Positions 7,157 through 19,193 of a DNA stretch of 64,000 bases are shown piece by piece. The position numbers and the translations under genes were made by a program. The notes below the pieces were generated by a model, which searched no databases, was not told where the DNA came from, and saw nothing but the letters and a program-made list of their open reading frames with translations. The stretch's first letter is position 1; each line of letters opens with the position of its first letter. Source of the DNA: an uncultured bacterium (lineage in GTDB: Bacteria > Eisenbacteria > RBG-16-71-46); NCBI GenBank assembly GCA_964542745.1, contig CAZIVR010000007.1, forward strand, positions 379 through 64,378, given 5' to 3'.

Positions 7157-10041
7157 AGATCCTGCGCCTCAAGACCGACGGGTTCGGGCCGCTCCACGGC
7201 GAGTGGCGCTTCGACCCCGCCCGCGTGACGCTGCTGGTGGACGAGAACGAGCGCGGCAAGTCGTCGCTGCTCGCCGCGATCGCCGCCGCCCTGTACGGGC
7301 TCGACGACGACCGGCGCACCCACCGCGTGGTGACGCCCCTCGAGCGCTGGCGTCCCTGGGAGGGCTCGGCGTTCCGCGTCGAGCTGGAGTGCGAGTCGGG
7401 CGGAACGACCTACACGATCAAGCGCGACTTTTCGCGGGGCTCGATCGAGGTGTGGAACCAGCGCGGGCAGGAGGTCACCGCCGAGTTCCGGGCCGGGAAG
7501 GACGACTACCCGGTCGGCCACCGGCTGCTCGGGCTCGACGCCGCCGAGTTCGAGAAGTGCGCGCTGGTGCGGCAGAACGATCTCGAGGCCGTGGTGCCCG
7601 GCGAGGAGCGCGCCCGCCGCGTCTCCACCCTCCACGCGCGGCTCGAGAACGCCGCCGACACGCGCGTCGGCGACACCAACGCCACCGAGGCGCTGCAGGT
7701 GCTGGCCGGGGCGCTGGCGAGCTACACCAGCAAGGACCTCGAATCCACGCTCACGGTGGACAACGCGATCAAGAAGCTCGAGGTGGCGGTCGGGTTCCTA
7801 GACGTGGAGCTCAAGCAGCTCGAGAACGACTACGCGCAGATCGCCGGGCCGCTCGAGGAGCTGTCGCGCCTGAGCGAGGCCGAGAAGGACGCCCGGGCCG
7901 CGATCGGCATGCTCGAGAGCGAGCGGCGGGAGACGCTGGCCGCCGAGATCCGCGGCAAGCTCGACGCCGACACCGCGAACCAGGCCGAGCGGAACCGCCT
8001 GCGGGCCGAGGCCGCGGGGCTGGCGCTGGCCGCCGCGATGCCCGCCAACGCCGAGGCCGACCTGCGCGAGACGGTCGCCAAGTACGAAGAGGCGATGCGC
8101 AACCTCGAGACCCTCGAGGCGCGCCGTCGCGAGGAGCAGGCGCGCGAGCGGGGCTCGCTGGCCGCGGAGGCCGAGTCGCTCGGGGCCTACGTGCTGTGCT
8201 CGGCCGAGGACGCGGACCGCGCGGTGGCGCTGGCCGCCGAGCTCCGGCGTGTCACCGAGGAGGACCGGCGCCTGCGCGAGGAGGTCTTCTCGCTGCGCGA
8301 CGCGCTCGCGAGCAAGGGCTACGAGCCCGAGCGCCTGCAAAAGCTCACCGGCCGCTTCGACGCGCTGCCCGAGGATTCCCAGCGGCTGCTGCGCAACCAG
8401 TCGGAACTGGCGCTGGCCTTCCAGACCGAAGTCGCGGACCTCGAGAGCATCCGCACCGAGAGCACCGAGATGCTGCGCGACATCGACGCGGTGCGCAGCT
8501 CGCGCCGCGTGCCCGGCTGGGTGCTGCTGGCCCTCGGCCTCGGCACCGCGGCGGCCGGCATCGTGCTCATGGTGCTGCAGCTCGAGCCGGTGCTGTGGAA
8601 CACGCTCGCGATCGGCGGCGCGGCGCTGCTCGCGGTGGGCGGCGCGCTGCTCAGCTCCGCGGCCACCGCGCGCAAGAGCGACCGCGAGCTGGCGCTCCGG
8701 CAGCTGAGCGACGCGCAGCGGCGGCTCAACCAGCTCCGCAGCCAGCGCGCCGAGTCGGAGGTGGCGCTGGGCGAGCTGTCGCGCGAGATGGGCTACCGCG
8801 ACGCGGTCGAACTGATCCGCGACTGGGGCGAGTACTCGCGCATCCAGGACGAGAGCGGCCCCGTGGTGCGGGCCCAGCAGCAGCTCGCCGCGCTCGAGGC
8901 GCGTCGCAAGGAGGTGGCCGACGACGCGCGCCGCCTGCTCGAGCGCGCCGGCGGCGGCGCCGCCGAGCCGGAACGGCTCGAAGCGGCCGCGGCCGGAATC
9001 CGCAAGCTGGTTTCGGTGCGCCAGAAGATCGCCGACACCGACAAGAGCTGGTCGTGGATCGACGACGAGAAGCGCGTCGCCGAGGCCGCGGCCGCCGGGC
9101 TCCACGACCGCGCCGTCGGGATCCTGAAGAGCGCCGGGCTGGAGTACGACCCGGAGCGCCCGTGGGGCCCGCAGGTGACCGCGCTGGCCGAGCGGGCGCG
9201 CGGGCGCGAGCGCCACGCCCTGCTCGTGAACGAGCTGATCCCGCAGGCCGAGCGGCGGGTGCTGCCCGAGAAGTCGCGCCACGAACTGGAGAAGCAGCTC
9301 CAGATGGTCGAGGCCGAGGCCGACGGCGGCGGCGCCGCGCCGGCGCGCGGGGCCGCCGAGCTGGAGGTCGAGAGCCGCAAGCGCCGCGAGGCCCTCGAGC
9401 AGGTGCAGCAGCGGCGCAACGAGCTGCGCTTCGAGGTCGAGGAGACGTGGCGCCGCTACCACGCCGACCACCCCGAGAAGTCCGAGCGGCTCGAGCGCGC
9501 GCGCCTCGCGCTCCAGCGGGCGCGGCGCTTCAAGCGCGCCGTGGACCTCGCCCGCGAGACCATCCAGAGCGTGAGCGAGGAGACGCACCGCCGCTGGGCC
9601 GACCACCTGAACGCCCGGGTCGGGGAGCTGCTGCGCGGCGTGGGCGTGGGGATCGAGCAGGTGCGCTTCGGCGAGGACCTCGATTTCTCGATCACCACAC
9701 CGGGCGGCCAGCAGCTGGCCCGCGGCCGGGCCGTCCAGCAGATCTCGGCCGGGGCCCGCGACCAGCTCTACCTCGCGGTGCGGCTCGCGGTGAGCGAGTA
9801 CCTGTCGCGCGGCCGCGGCGCCCTGCCGCTGCTGCTCGACGACGCCTTCGCCAACAGCGACGACGCCCGCACCCGGCTCGGCGTGAGGATCCTGCTCGAG
9901 CACTTCTCGCGCGAGCACCAGGTGATCCTCGCCACCTGCCACCGCCGGCGCTTCGAGCACCTCGCCGAGCAGGACCGCGAGCTGTTCGCGGAGCGGGTGC
10001 AGTGGCTGGAGCTGGACCCGGCGAAGGCCGCCGCGAAGTAG
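7153..10041 (+). CDS. Rad50/SbcC-family SMC-like ATPase (YhaN/SbcE-like) with an internal transmembrane hairpin
   Basis: N-terminal Walker A (VDENERGKSSLL). Long coiled coils. C-terminal signature and D-loop (SAGARDQLYLAV...LPLLLDDAFANSDD). No CXXC zinc hook. Instead, two hydrophobic helices (WVLLALGLGTAAAGIVLMVLQL / LAIGGAALLAVGGALLSSAA) sit at the midpoint. The GTG start at 7153 overlaps the upstream stop codon. This gene is the real 3' part of the track ORF 5149..10041. Confidence 0.8.
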   Translation: MKILRLKTDGFGPLHGEWRFDPARVTLLVDENERGKSSLLAAIAAALYGLDDDRRTHRVVTPLERWRPWEGSAFRVELECESGGTTYTIKRDFSRGSIEVWNQRGQEVTAEFRAGKDDYPVGHRLLGLDAAEFEKCALVRQNDLEAVVPGEERARRVSTLHARLENAADTRVGDTNATEALQVLAGALASYTSKDLESTLTVDNAIKKLEVAVGFLDVELKQLENDYAQIAGPLEELSRLSEAEKDARAAIGMLESERRETLAAEIRGKLDADTANQAERNRLRAEAAGLALAAAMPANAEADLRETVAKYEEAMRNLETLEARRREEQARERGSLAAEAESLGAYVLCSAEDADRAVALAAELRRVTEEDRRLREEVFSLRDALASKGYEPERLQKLTGRFDALPEDSQRLLRNQSELALAFQTEVADLESIRTESTEMLRDIDAVRSSRRVPGWVLLALGLGTAAAGIVLMVLQLEPVLWNTLAIGGAALLAVGGALLSSAATARKSDRELALRQLSDAQRRLNQLRSQRAESEVALGELSREMGYRDAVELIRDWGEYSRIQDESGPVVRAQQQLAALEARRKEVADDARRLLERAGGGAAEPERLEAAAAGIRKLVSVRQKIADTDKSWSWIDDEKRVAEAAAAGLHDRAVGILKSAGLEYDPERPWGPQVTALAERARGRERHALLVNELIPQAERRVLPEKSRHELEKQLQMVEAEADGGGAAPARGAAELEVESRKRREALEQVQQRRNELRFEVEETWRRYHADHPEKSERLERARLALQRARRFKRAVDLARETIQSVSEETHRRWADHLNARVGELLRGVGVGIEQVRFGEDLDFSITTPGGQQLARGRAVQQISAGARDQLYLAVRLAVSEYLSRGRGALPLLLDDAFANSDDARTRLGVRILLEHFSREHQVILATCHRRRFEHLAEQDRELFAERVQWLELDPAKAAAK

Positions 10042-10140
10042 CGGTTCCCGCCGGTCCCGCGATTCCGGCGCCCCGTCCGTCTCACCCCGCGCGCGGGCGC
10101 GCGCCGCGGCTCGAGGCGCCGGCGCGTGGACTCCCCGGCG

Positions 10141-10602
10141 TCAGGCCTTCGGGGCTCCGTTGCTCGGCCACACGAGCCGCGAGCTGATCAGCAGCGCGAC
10201 GCCGACCAGGATCGGGATCAGGGCGACGCCCCAGATGTTCTTGTCCGGCTGGATCAGGATGAGGAACACGAGGATCCCGGCGCCCCCGAACGAGGTGACC
10301 AGCCCGCCGATCATGAGGCTCTGGGCGCGGCGCTTCGCCGCCTCGTAGGGCGGCATGCCGAGCGCGCCGATCTCCAGCGCCACCTGCGGGATCGCGGGGA
10401 GCTTGTCGAGGTCCACGCCGCGCTCGATGGCGGCGATCCGCTCGCGCTGGGCCAGCTCGAGCATGCGCTGCTGGCCCGCGGAGCGTACGATGCCGGCCAC
10501 GATGCCGCCGACGATGGCGACGATCGGGATCGAGAGCACGAAGAAGGGGACGATGAAATCGGGATCGAACATGGGGCACGCTCCGGGTCCGGGGGCGGTC
10601 AA
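10141..10602 (-). CDS. Small polytopic membrane protein (function unknown)
   Basis: Three or four hydrophobic helices (IVPFFVLSIPIVAIVGGIVAGIV; LMIGGLVTSFGGAGILVFLILI; GVALIPILVGVALLISS). An alternative start is the ATG at 10572 (MFDPDF). Confidence 0.5.
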   Translation of the reverse strand: MTAPGPGACPMFDPDFIVPFFVLSIPIVAIVGGIVAGIVRSAGQQRMLELAQRERIAAIERGVDLDKLPAIPQVALEIGALGMPPYEAAKRRAQSLMIGGLVTSFGGAGILVFLILIQPDKNIWGVALIPILVGVALLISSRLVWPSNGAPKA

Positions 10603-10787
10603 GGGATCGGTTTCGTTCGCTGGGACCGGCGGCCCGGCCGCCGCGGTTTCAGCGTCCGCCCGGGCGGGCGGGGGGGGACCGGGCCCCGGGGCCCGGTTCC
10701 GCCGCGCCGCGGCTCCGCGCCCCCGCCGCGCGGAAGGCCGGCCCCGGGCTGAAACCCGGCCCGGGGCGCGATCCGTCTAAGGAGCCG

Positions 10788-11474
10788 ATGGCCACCCCGA
10801 CCGCCACCCTGCCCGCCTTCGCCGCCCCGGCATGGCCCGCGCCCGCGCCGCGGGCCGCGAGGCCGCCGTCGCCGGCCGAGGTCCGCGCGCGAGGCGTCGC
10901 GGGGCCGGCGCGCGAGTCCGTGGCCGCCGATCCCGACCGCGACCTCGCGGAGCGGGCCCGCCGCGGGGATGAGGCGGCCTTTCGCGCGCTGGTGGAGCGC
11001 CATCGCGACCGCGTGTTCGCGGTGGCCCGGCGCGTCGTGCGCTCGGACGCCGACGCCGAGGAGGTGGCGCAGGACGCCTTCGTCCGGGCCTGGCGCGCGC
11101 TGCCCGAGTTCCGCGGCGAGTCGCGCTTCGGCACGTGGCTCCACGCGATCGCCGTGCGCCGCGCGCTCGACCGGGCCGAGACGCTGGGCCGCAGGCGCGG
11201 CCGCGAGTTCGCGCTCGACACCGCCCCCGAAGGCGCGGGGGCCGTGGGCGGGCCCGACCCCGAGGCGCTGCTGCGGGCGCGGCGGCTCGACGGGCTGATG
11301 GGGGAGCTGAGCGGCGTGCAGCGGGCGGCGGTGTCGCTCTACTACTTCGAGGATCACTCGGTCGAGCGCGTGGCCGAGGCGCTCGGGCTTCCCGGGAACA
11401 CGGTCAAGACCCACCTGAGCCGGGCGCGCGCCGTGCTGCGCGAGGCGTGGCTGCGCACGGAGGGCGGGGCGTGA
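10788..11474 (+). CDS. ECF (group 4) sigma-70 family RNA polymerase sigma factor
   Basis: Sigma-70 region 2 (FRALVERHRDRVFAVARRVVRSDADAEEVAQDAFVRAWRAL) and a region-4 helix-turn-helix (VQRAAVSLYYFEDHSVERVAEALGLPGNTVKTHLSRAR). The true start may be an internal GTG near 10920, because the first ~45 aa are Ala/Pro-rich. Confidence 0.85.
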   Translation: MATPTATLPAFAAPAWPAPAPRAARPPSPAEVRARGVAGPARESVAADPDRDLAERARRGDEAAFRALVERHRDRVFAVARRVVRSDADAEEVAQDAFVRAWRALPEFRGESRFGTWLHAIAVRRALDRAETLGRRRGREFALDTAPEGAGAVGGPDPEALLRARRLDGLMGELSGVQRAAVSLYYFEDHSVERVAEALGLPGNTVKTHLSRARAVLREAWLRTEGGA

Positions 11475-12007
11475 ACTGCGAACGGTTCGACCGCTGGCTC
11501 GACGACGGGCGCCCCGCGGCCGACGACGCGGCGGCCCGCCACGCGCGCGGCTGCGACCGCTGCGCCGCGGCGCTGGGCGCGGCCCTCGAGCTGGAGGCGT
11601 CGCTCGCGTCCACCGCGGCCGCGCCCGCCGGATTCACCGACCGCGTGATGGCGCGCGTGGCGCGGACGCCCCAGGCGGCGCCCGCCGCGCTCCGCCCGCG
11701 CCACGCCGTGGCGCCGCTCGTCGCTCCCGCGATGCCGTGGTGGGTGCGCGCGGCCACGCAGCCTCCGGCGCTGATGGCCGTGGTGCTGGCCGCGCTGCTC
11801 GCGGGCTGGTCGGGCGCGCTCTTCGACGCCGCCCGCGCCGGCGCGTCCCTGCTGGCCGGGGCGCTGGCCCGCGACGCGTTCGCGGGCGGCGGGTTCGTCC
11901 TCTTCGACGACCCGCGGCTCGCGACCGCCGTGGCCGTGGCGCTCGCGCCGAGCCTGGTGTGGACGAGCGTCCAGCTCTACGCGTGGGGACGCCGGCTGGG
12001 CCGCTGA
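11471..12007 (+). CDS. Zinc-binding anti-sigma factor (ZAS family) with a C-terminal transmembrane segment
   Basis: The GTG start overlaps the sigma-factor stop codon (GTGA). HxxxCxxC motif (HARGCDRCAAAL). C-terminal hydrophobic helices (LMAVVLAALLAGWSGALF). Confidence 0.7.
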   Translation: MNCERFDRWLDDGRPAADDAAARHARGCDRCAAALGAALELEASLASTAAAPAGFTDRVMARVARTPQAAPAALRPRHAVAPLVAPAMPWWVRAATQPPALMAVVLAALLAGWSGALFDAARAGASLLAGALARDAFAGGGFVLFDDPRLATAVAVALAPSLVWTSVQLYAWGRRLGR

Positions 12008-12141
12008 TCCCGCGCCTCCCGGCGCGACGCCGCGCCGGACCCCGCGGCACCCGGATCCCCGCCCCCCGAACCCGCCGCATGGCCGTCCCCTGACCGCGCC
12101 CTGACAGGGTTTCGCGGGGCGTCTGCTAGCCTCGCCCGCCT

Positions 12142-14273
<2,132 letters not shown>

Positions 14274-14274
<1 letters not shown>

Positions 14275-16241
14275 TGAGGAGATTCGAGGGAAGCGGCGGG
14301 ACGGTTCGCGGCGCGCGCGCCAATCCGGCGGGTGCCGCCGCCATGTCGCGTGCCGCGCGCCGCGCGCGAGGATTCGTTGCCTTCGCAGCGATCACCGCGA
14401 TGGCCGCGCTCGCGATCCTCGCCCTCGCGGCTCCCGCGCGCGCCCAGTTCGGCGAGCCGATTCCCGAGACCCGCGACCTGGTGAAGGCGGTCGCGAAGCC
14501 GGTGCGGGTCGCCGCGGGGGGCGCCGCGGCCGCGACCGTGCAGGTCACGGTGCTCCCGACCTGGCACATCAACGCCAACCCGGCCGCCAACGAGAACGCG
14601 ATCCCGACCGAGATCGAGATCGTTCCCGCTCACGGCGTGAGTGCCGGGGCCGTCCGCTACCCCGAGCCCACCATCGCCAAGCTCTCGTTCGATCCCGAGC
14701 CGATGCTGGTGTTCGACGGCGTGACGGAGATCCCGGTGACGCTGCGCGCGGCCGCGGGCGCGGCCGCCGGCATGTACAGGATCGCGGGAAAAGTCCACTT
14801 CCAGGCCTGCAACGACGCCATCTGCCTGCCGCCCGCCTCGGTGCCGTTCGAGGTCGCGGTCGAGATCGTCGCGGCCGGGAGCCCGGGAGCCCCCGCCGAC
14901 CTGCCGGCGGACTCGGGGGCCGCGGGCGCGGCGGGCGCCGGAAGCGGCGCCCCGGGCGCGGTGGGAGCGTTCGAGAGCGCGCCCCCCGCCGGCGCGGGCG
15001 CGTCGCCGAACGCCGCCGCGCGCCAGCTCGACGCGGCGCTCGCCCGCGGCGGCCTGTGGTGGTTCCTCGCGCTGTTGGTGGGCGGACTGCTCCTCAACCT
15101 CACGCCCTGCGTGTTCCCGATGCTCGGCGTCACCGTCTCGATCTTCGGCGCGCGGCGGCAGGAGCCGCTGCCGCGGGTGCTCACGCACGCCACGCTCTAC
15201 GTGCTCGGCATCTGCGTCATGTACTCGTCGCTCGGCGTGGTGGCCGCCCTCACCGGCGGCCTGTTCGGTGCCGCCCTTCAGAACATGTGGGTCAACGTCG
15301 GGATCGGCGCGCTGATGGTGGCGCTCTCGCTCTCGATGTTCGGCCTCTACGAGCTGCAGCCGCCGCAGTGGATGCTCCAGAAGCTCGGCGGCTCGGCCAG
15401 CGCCTCGTTCGCGGGCACGTTCATGGCCGGGCTCGGCGTGGGCATCATCGCCGCCCCCTGCGTGGGGCCCTTCGTGGTGGCGGTGCTCGCGATGATCGCC
15501 CAGAAGCAGAGCCCGCTGTTCGGCTTCCAGACCATGTTCACGCTCTCGCTCGGGCTCGGGGCGCCCTACCTGCTGCTCGGCACCTTCTCGAACCTGCTGC
15601 AGAAGCTGCCGCGCTCGGGCGACTGGATGGTATGGGTGAAGGCGGTGTTCGGCGTGATCCTCGCGGGGGTCGGCACCTTCTACGCCATGCTCGCCCTCGC
15701 GCCACGGCTCTCGCCGTGGGTCGCGCCCGCCGTGATGATCGCGGGCGGCCTCTACCTCGGCTGGATCGAGCGCACGCGCGGCCGCGGACCCGGGTTCCGC
15801 TGGTTCAAGCGCGCGTTCGGCTCGCTCACCGCGGCGGCCGGGGTGGCGATCGTGCTCACCACGCCCACCCGCGGCATCGAGTTCCAGCCCGCCTCCGAGG
15901 ACGCGCTGCGCGCGGCCGCCGCTCGGGGCCGCCCGGTGATCCTCGAGTTCTCGGCCGACTGGTGCGTGCCCTGCCACGAGCTGGAGCGCGCCACGTTCAG
16001 CGACCGCGCCGTGATCGCCGCGAGCCGTGAGTTCGCGACGTTCAAGGTGGACCTGACCCGCTACGACTCGCCCGAGTCCGAGGCGTGGCGGCGGAACTGG
16101 AACGTGCCCGGGGTGCCCGCGGTGATCTTCATCGGGGCGGACGGGGTCGAGCGCATGGACCTGCGCGTGGTCGGGTTCATTCCGCCGGGGCCGTTCCTCG
16201 AGCGGATGAAGCGGGTGGTGCGAGCGCAACTCTCCAGTTGA
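14274..16241 (+). CDS. dsbD: Thiol:disulfide interchange protein DsbD (N-terminal periplasmic domain, CcdA-like TM core, C-terminal thioredoxin domain)
   Basis: Signal peptide. The TM core carries the conserved motif LNLTPCVFPMLGVTVSIFG plus a second TM Cys (AAPCVGPFVVAVLAM). The C-terminal thioredoxin domain has ILEFSADWCVPCHELE. Confidence 0.85.
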
Positions 16242-16295
16242 CGAGCGCGGGAGCGCGCGTTCTACTCGGGGCCTGACGACCGGGGTGGAGGTCGC

Positions 16296-19106
16296 TTGGG
16301 CCCGATGAAGTTCCGCGCCGCGTCCCGAGTCCTGCTGGGGCTCGGCCTGTTCGCCCTGACGGCCGGTGCCGCCCTCGCCGAAGCGTCCGCGCATGGCTCG
16401 CTCGCGACGCCCGGGCTCCACCGGCCGCGACACGATCCCCTGCCGCCCTGGTCTCCGGAGCCTTTTCAGGGCGTGTGGTACGAGGCCGCCCACTCCCCGA
16501 GGCCGCAGGCCGCGGTCGTCTTCGACTCCCGCCGCGGGCGGCTGATCCAGTTCGGCGGCCTTTCCGGGGAGGCCTACCCCTGTGCCGCGCTGTGGTCGTT
16601 CGATCTCCGGCGAGGTGAGGGCTGGCAGCCGCTGGTGGCGCTGGGGCAGCCGCCGGCCCCCCGCACCGGCTCCGCGGCCGTCTACGACTCGGTGCAGGAC
16701 CGCGTGGTGTTGTTCGGCGGGTACCAGCGTGATTCCGGGATTCCCGCGTTCGACGACCTGTGGGAACTGCGGCTGGGCGGGCTTCCACGCTGGCGGCGGC
16801 TGGAGCCGGCGGGTGCTCGCCCCGGGCCGCGTTCCCGTGCGGGGGTCGCGCTGGATGCCCGCAGGCGGCGCATGATCGTCGTTGGCGGGGAGCGATGCGT
16901 CGGGTCCATTCTCGAGTACCACGGCATGGTCTTCGTGAACGATGCGTGGAGCCTCGATCTCGCGGGTGCGCCGGTCTGGACGCGGCTGGATCCCGTGGGG
17001 GACGGGCCCCCACCCACGGGTGGCCTCGCCGCGGCCTACGATTCCGGGAGGGACGCCGTCGTGCTGGCCGGTGGCCGCGGAGCGCTCGACGCGATGCGGC
17101 TCGTGTACCGGGACGAGGTGTGGATGTTGTGGCTCGGAGAGTCGACGCGCTGGGAGTTGCTCGGAGCGGCGTCGTTGGGAACCACGCCACCCCCGAATGG
17201 CGAGATGTCCCCGTCGCTCGTCCACGATCCCGCCACGGGGCGCGTGGTCCTCTTCTCCGGCCGCGACTCGATCACGCGCGCGTTCGTTCCCGGAAGCGAT
17301 CAGCCGTGGGTCACGCTCGGCGCTGGGGCTCCAGGGCCCGGCCAGTCGTTCGGCCAGGCGATGGTGCTGGACCGCGAGTCCCGCCAGATCGCGCTTACCG
17401 GAGTCTCCGGTTCCGATGCGCTATGGCGGCTCGGACTCACGCAGGGATCCGTCTGGAGTCGCGAGGCAGAGACGGGTCGCGGGCCGATCGCCACCCTGGA
17501 CTTCACGCTCACTTCCGATCCCGCGCGGGGCCGCGCGCTGCTGGTCGGGGGGACACGGTGGGTCCGCGAGGGCGGCAGGGATCGCACCAGGCCGGTGGAT
17601 GAAGTTTGGGAGTTCTCCCTCGAGGGGCGGCGCTGGAGCCGTCTCGAAGGAGTTCGACTCCCGAACGCCGGATTGGTGGGGCACCGCGCCGTGCTGGACC
17701 CCTCCCGGGATCGGCTGCTCCTCCTCGGAGGTCGCATTCCCGGTGTCTCCCCGGATTCCCTGATTCCGAATCCGTTCCTCTACGCGCTCTCGCTCTCGGA
17801 CGATCGAAGCTGGGGCGTGGAGCGGATCGAAGGTTGGCCGGACGACCTGAGCGATGCGCCGAGCGTGACCCACGATCCGATCGGCGACCGCCTGTTGATC
17901 CAGGGGGACGCGATGTTCGCGCGGCGCCCCACCCGCGTCTGGCAGCTCCCGCTCGCCGGCCGCTCGCGGCTGGAGCCGCTGGAGACGACCGGAGCCCCGC
18001 CCGCGGGCAGCTACGGAAGGGCGACGGTCTTCGATCCGGCGCGCCAGCGCATGATCGTCGAACAGGATCCCTACCAGACCGGCGCGGACGACAACGCTTC
18101 GCTGTGGGCGCTCTCGCTGGAGGGGACTCCCCGCTGGAGCCCGATCGCACCCGCCGGAACGCCGCCCCGGCCGACGATGCGCCAGCATTCCGCCTACGAC
18201 CCGGCCCGCGACCGGCTCGTGAGGTTCGGGGGCCGATGGACTCCCAACCACCGCACCTACCAGGCGGCCCCGGGAGTCTGGAGCCTCGCGCTCGCGACGG
18301 CCACGACCTGGGACTCCCTCGAGTTGCAGGGCCCCGAACCCGTGGAGGCGCGCGAGCCCACGATCGCGTTCGATCCCCGGCTTCGCCGCCTGTTGGTGGC
18401 GCGGGCCCGTCACCTCGCGCCCGTGGCCGACGCCTACGTGCTCGACTTCGAGCGGCCGATCCGGCGCGTCCGCGCGCTCGCCACGCGCGGCCACGGCCAC
18501 GCGATCCGGCGCGGGCCCGACGCGCCGGGAGCGGACGAGGTCGCGATTCTCTCCGAGCCGGCGTTCGACGCGACGCGCCTCGATCCCGGCGCCCTGACGC
18601 TCGACGGCGCCCCGGTGGAACGCGCCGCCGGACGATGGCGTGTCTGGACCGCGGATGCCGACGGCGATGGTCTCGGGGACCTCGTGTGCCGCTTCGCGCT
18701 CGGGGCGCGGCTGCTCCGCGAACCACGCCCGCGGCTCCTCGCCGGAGTGGACCCGGAAGGGTTTCCACTGCAGGCCGAGGTGGCGGTTCGGGAACGTCCC
18801 GATCGTGCCGCGGAGGAGCCGGAGCGCGAGGCGGATCACCTGGCGCCCGAGTTCCACGGCGCCGCACCCAATCCGTGGACCGGCGGAGACCTGCGCGTGC
18901 GCTTCGCGGTTGTCGCGGGAGAAGCTGCCGTTCTCGAACTGCTCGACCTCGCCGGCCGGCGGCTCCTGCGCCTCGAAGTCGGTGCGCGGCCGGGTTCGCA
19001 AGAGGTGGATCTCGCGGGATCGGCCGCCTTGCGCCCGGGACTCTATTGGGCGCGCCTGAGCCAGGCGGACCGATCGGTCACGATGCGTGTCGCGCGCCTT
19101 CGTTGA
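16296..19106 (+). CDS. Secreted Kelch-type beta-propeller protein (about 12 blades) with the shared C-terminal sorting-type domain
   Basis: Signal peptide (MKFRAASRVLLGLGLFALTAGAALA). Repeated Kelch-like blades (xAVYDSxxDRVVLFGG, HDPATGRVVLFSGR and similar). The C-terminal ~80 aa (PNPWTGG...LDLAGRRLLRLEV...GLYWARL...RVARLR) are homologous to the tails of the other cluster proteins. Confidence 0.7.
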   Translation: MGPMKFRAASRVLLGLGLFALTAGAALAEASAHGSLATPGLHRPRHDPLPPWSPEPFQGVWYEAAHSPRPQAAVVFDSRRGRLIQFGGLSGEAYPCAALWSFDLRRGEGWQPLVALGQPPAPRTGSAAVYDSVQDRVVLFGGYQRDSGIPAFDDLWELRLGGLPRWRRLEPAGARPGPRSRAGVALDARRRRMIVVGGERCVGSILEYHGMVFVNDAWSLDLAGAPVWTRLDPVGDGPPPTGGLAAAYDSGRDAVVLAGGRGALDAMRLVYRDEVWMLWLGESTRWELLGAASLGTTPPPNGEMSPSLVHDPATGRVVLFSGRDSITRAFVPGSDQPWVTLGAGAPGPGQSFGQAMVLDRESRQIALTGVSGSDALWRLGLTQGSVWSREAETGRGPIATLDFTLTSDPARGRALLVGGTRWVREGGRDRTRPVDEVWEFSLEGRRWSRLEGVRLPNAGLVGHRAVLDPSRDRLLLLGGRIPGVSPDSLIPNPFLYALSLSDDRSWGVERIEGWPDDLSDAPSVTHDPIGDRLLIQGDAMFARRPTRVWQLPLAGRSRLEPLETTGAPPAGSYGRATVFDPARQRMIVEQDPYQTGADDNASLWALSLEGTPRWSPIAPAGTPPRPTMRQHSAYDPARDRLVRFGGRWTPNHRTYQAAPGVWSLALATATTWDSLELQGPEPVEAREPTIAFDPRLRRLLVARARHLAPVADAYVLDFERPIRRVRALATRGHGHAIRRGPDAPGADEVAILSEPAFDATRLDPGALTLDGAPVERAAGRWRVWTADADGDGLGDLVCRFALGARLLREPRPRLLAGVDPEGFPLQAEVAVRERPDRAAEEPEREADHLAPEFHGAAPNPWTGGDLRVRFAVVAGEAAVLELLDLAGRRLLRLEVGARPGSQEVDLAGSAALRPGLYWARLSQADRSVTMRVARLR

Positions 19107-19116
19107 GCGCGGGGGT

Positions 19117-19136
19117 TCCGGGTCCGGAAGGACCCC
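19117..19136. terminator. GC hairpin (GGGTCC-GGAA-GGACCC, GNRA-type loop) between two convergent genes. Possible bidirectional terminator. There is no U-tract.
   Basis: An inverted repeat is visible in the sequence. Both flanking genes end here (16296..19106 on the plus strand, 19194..19688 on the minus strand). Confidence 0.3.
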
Positions 19137-19193
19137 GAGACAACGACGCGCGGCGAGGGTCGCCCCCCGCCGCGCGTCGCCGTTTCGTCTCGA

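Noticed and set aside
12095-12141. Possible sigma-70 promoter (CTGACA-17 nt-TGCTAGCCT) upstream of the DUF255 gene
   Set aside because: The match to the consensus is weak. It is not supportable without transcript-start data.
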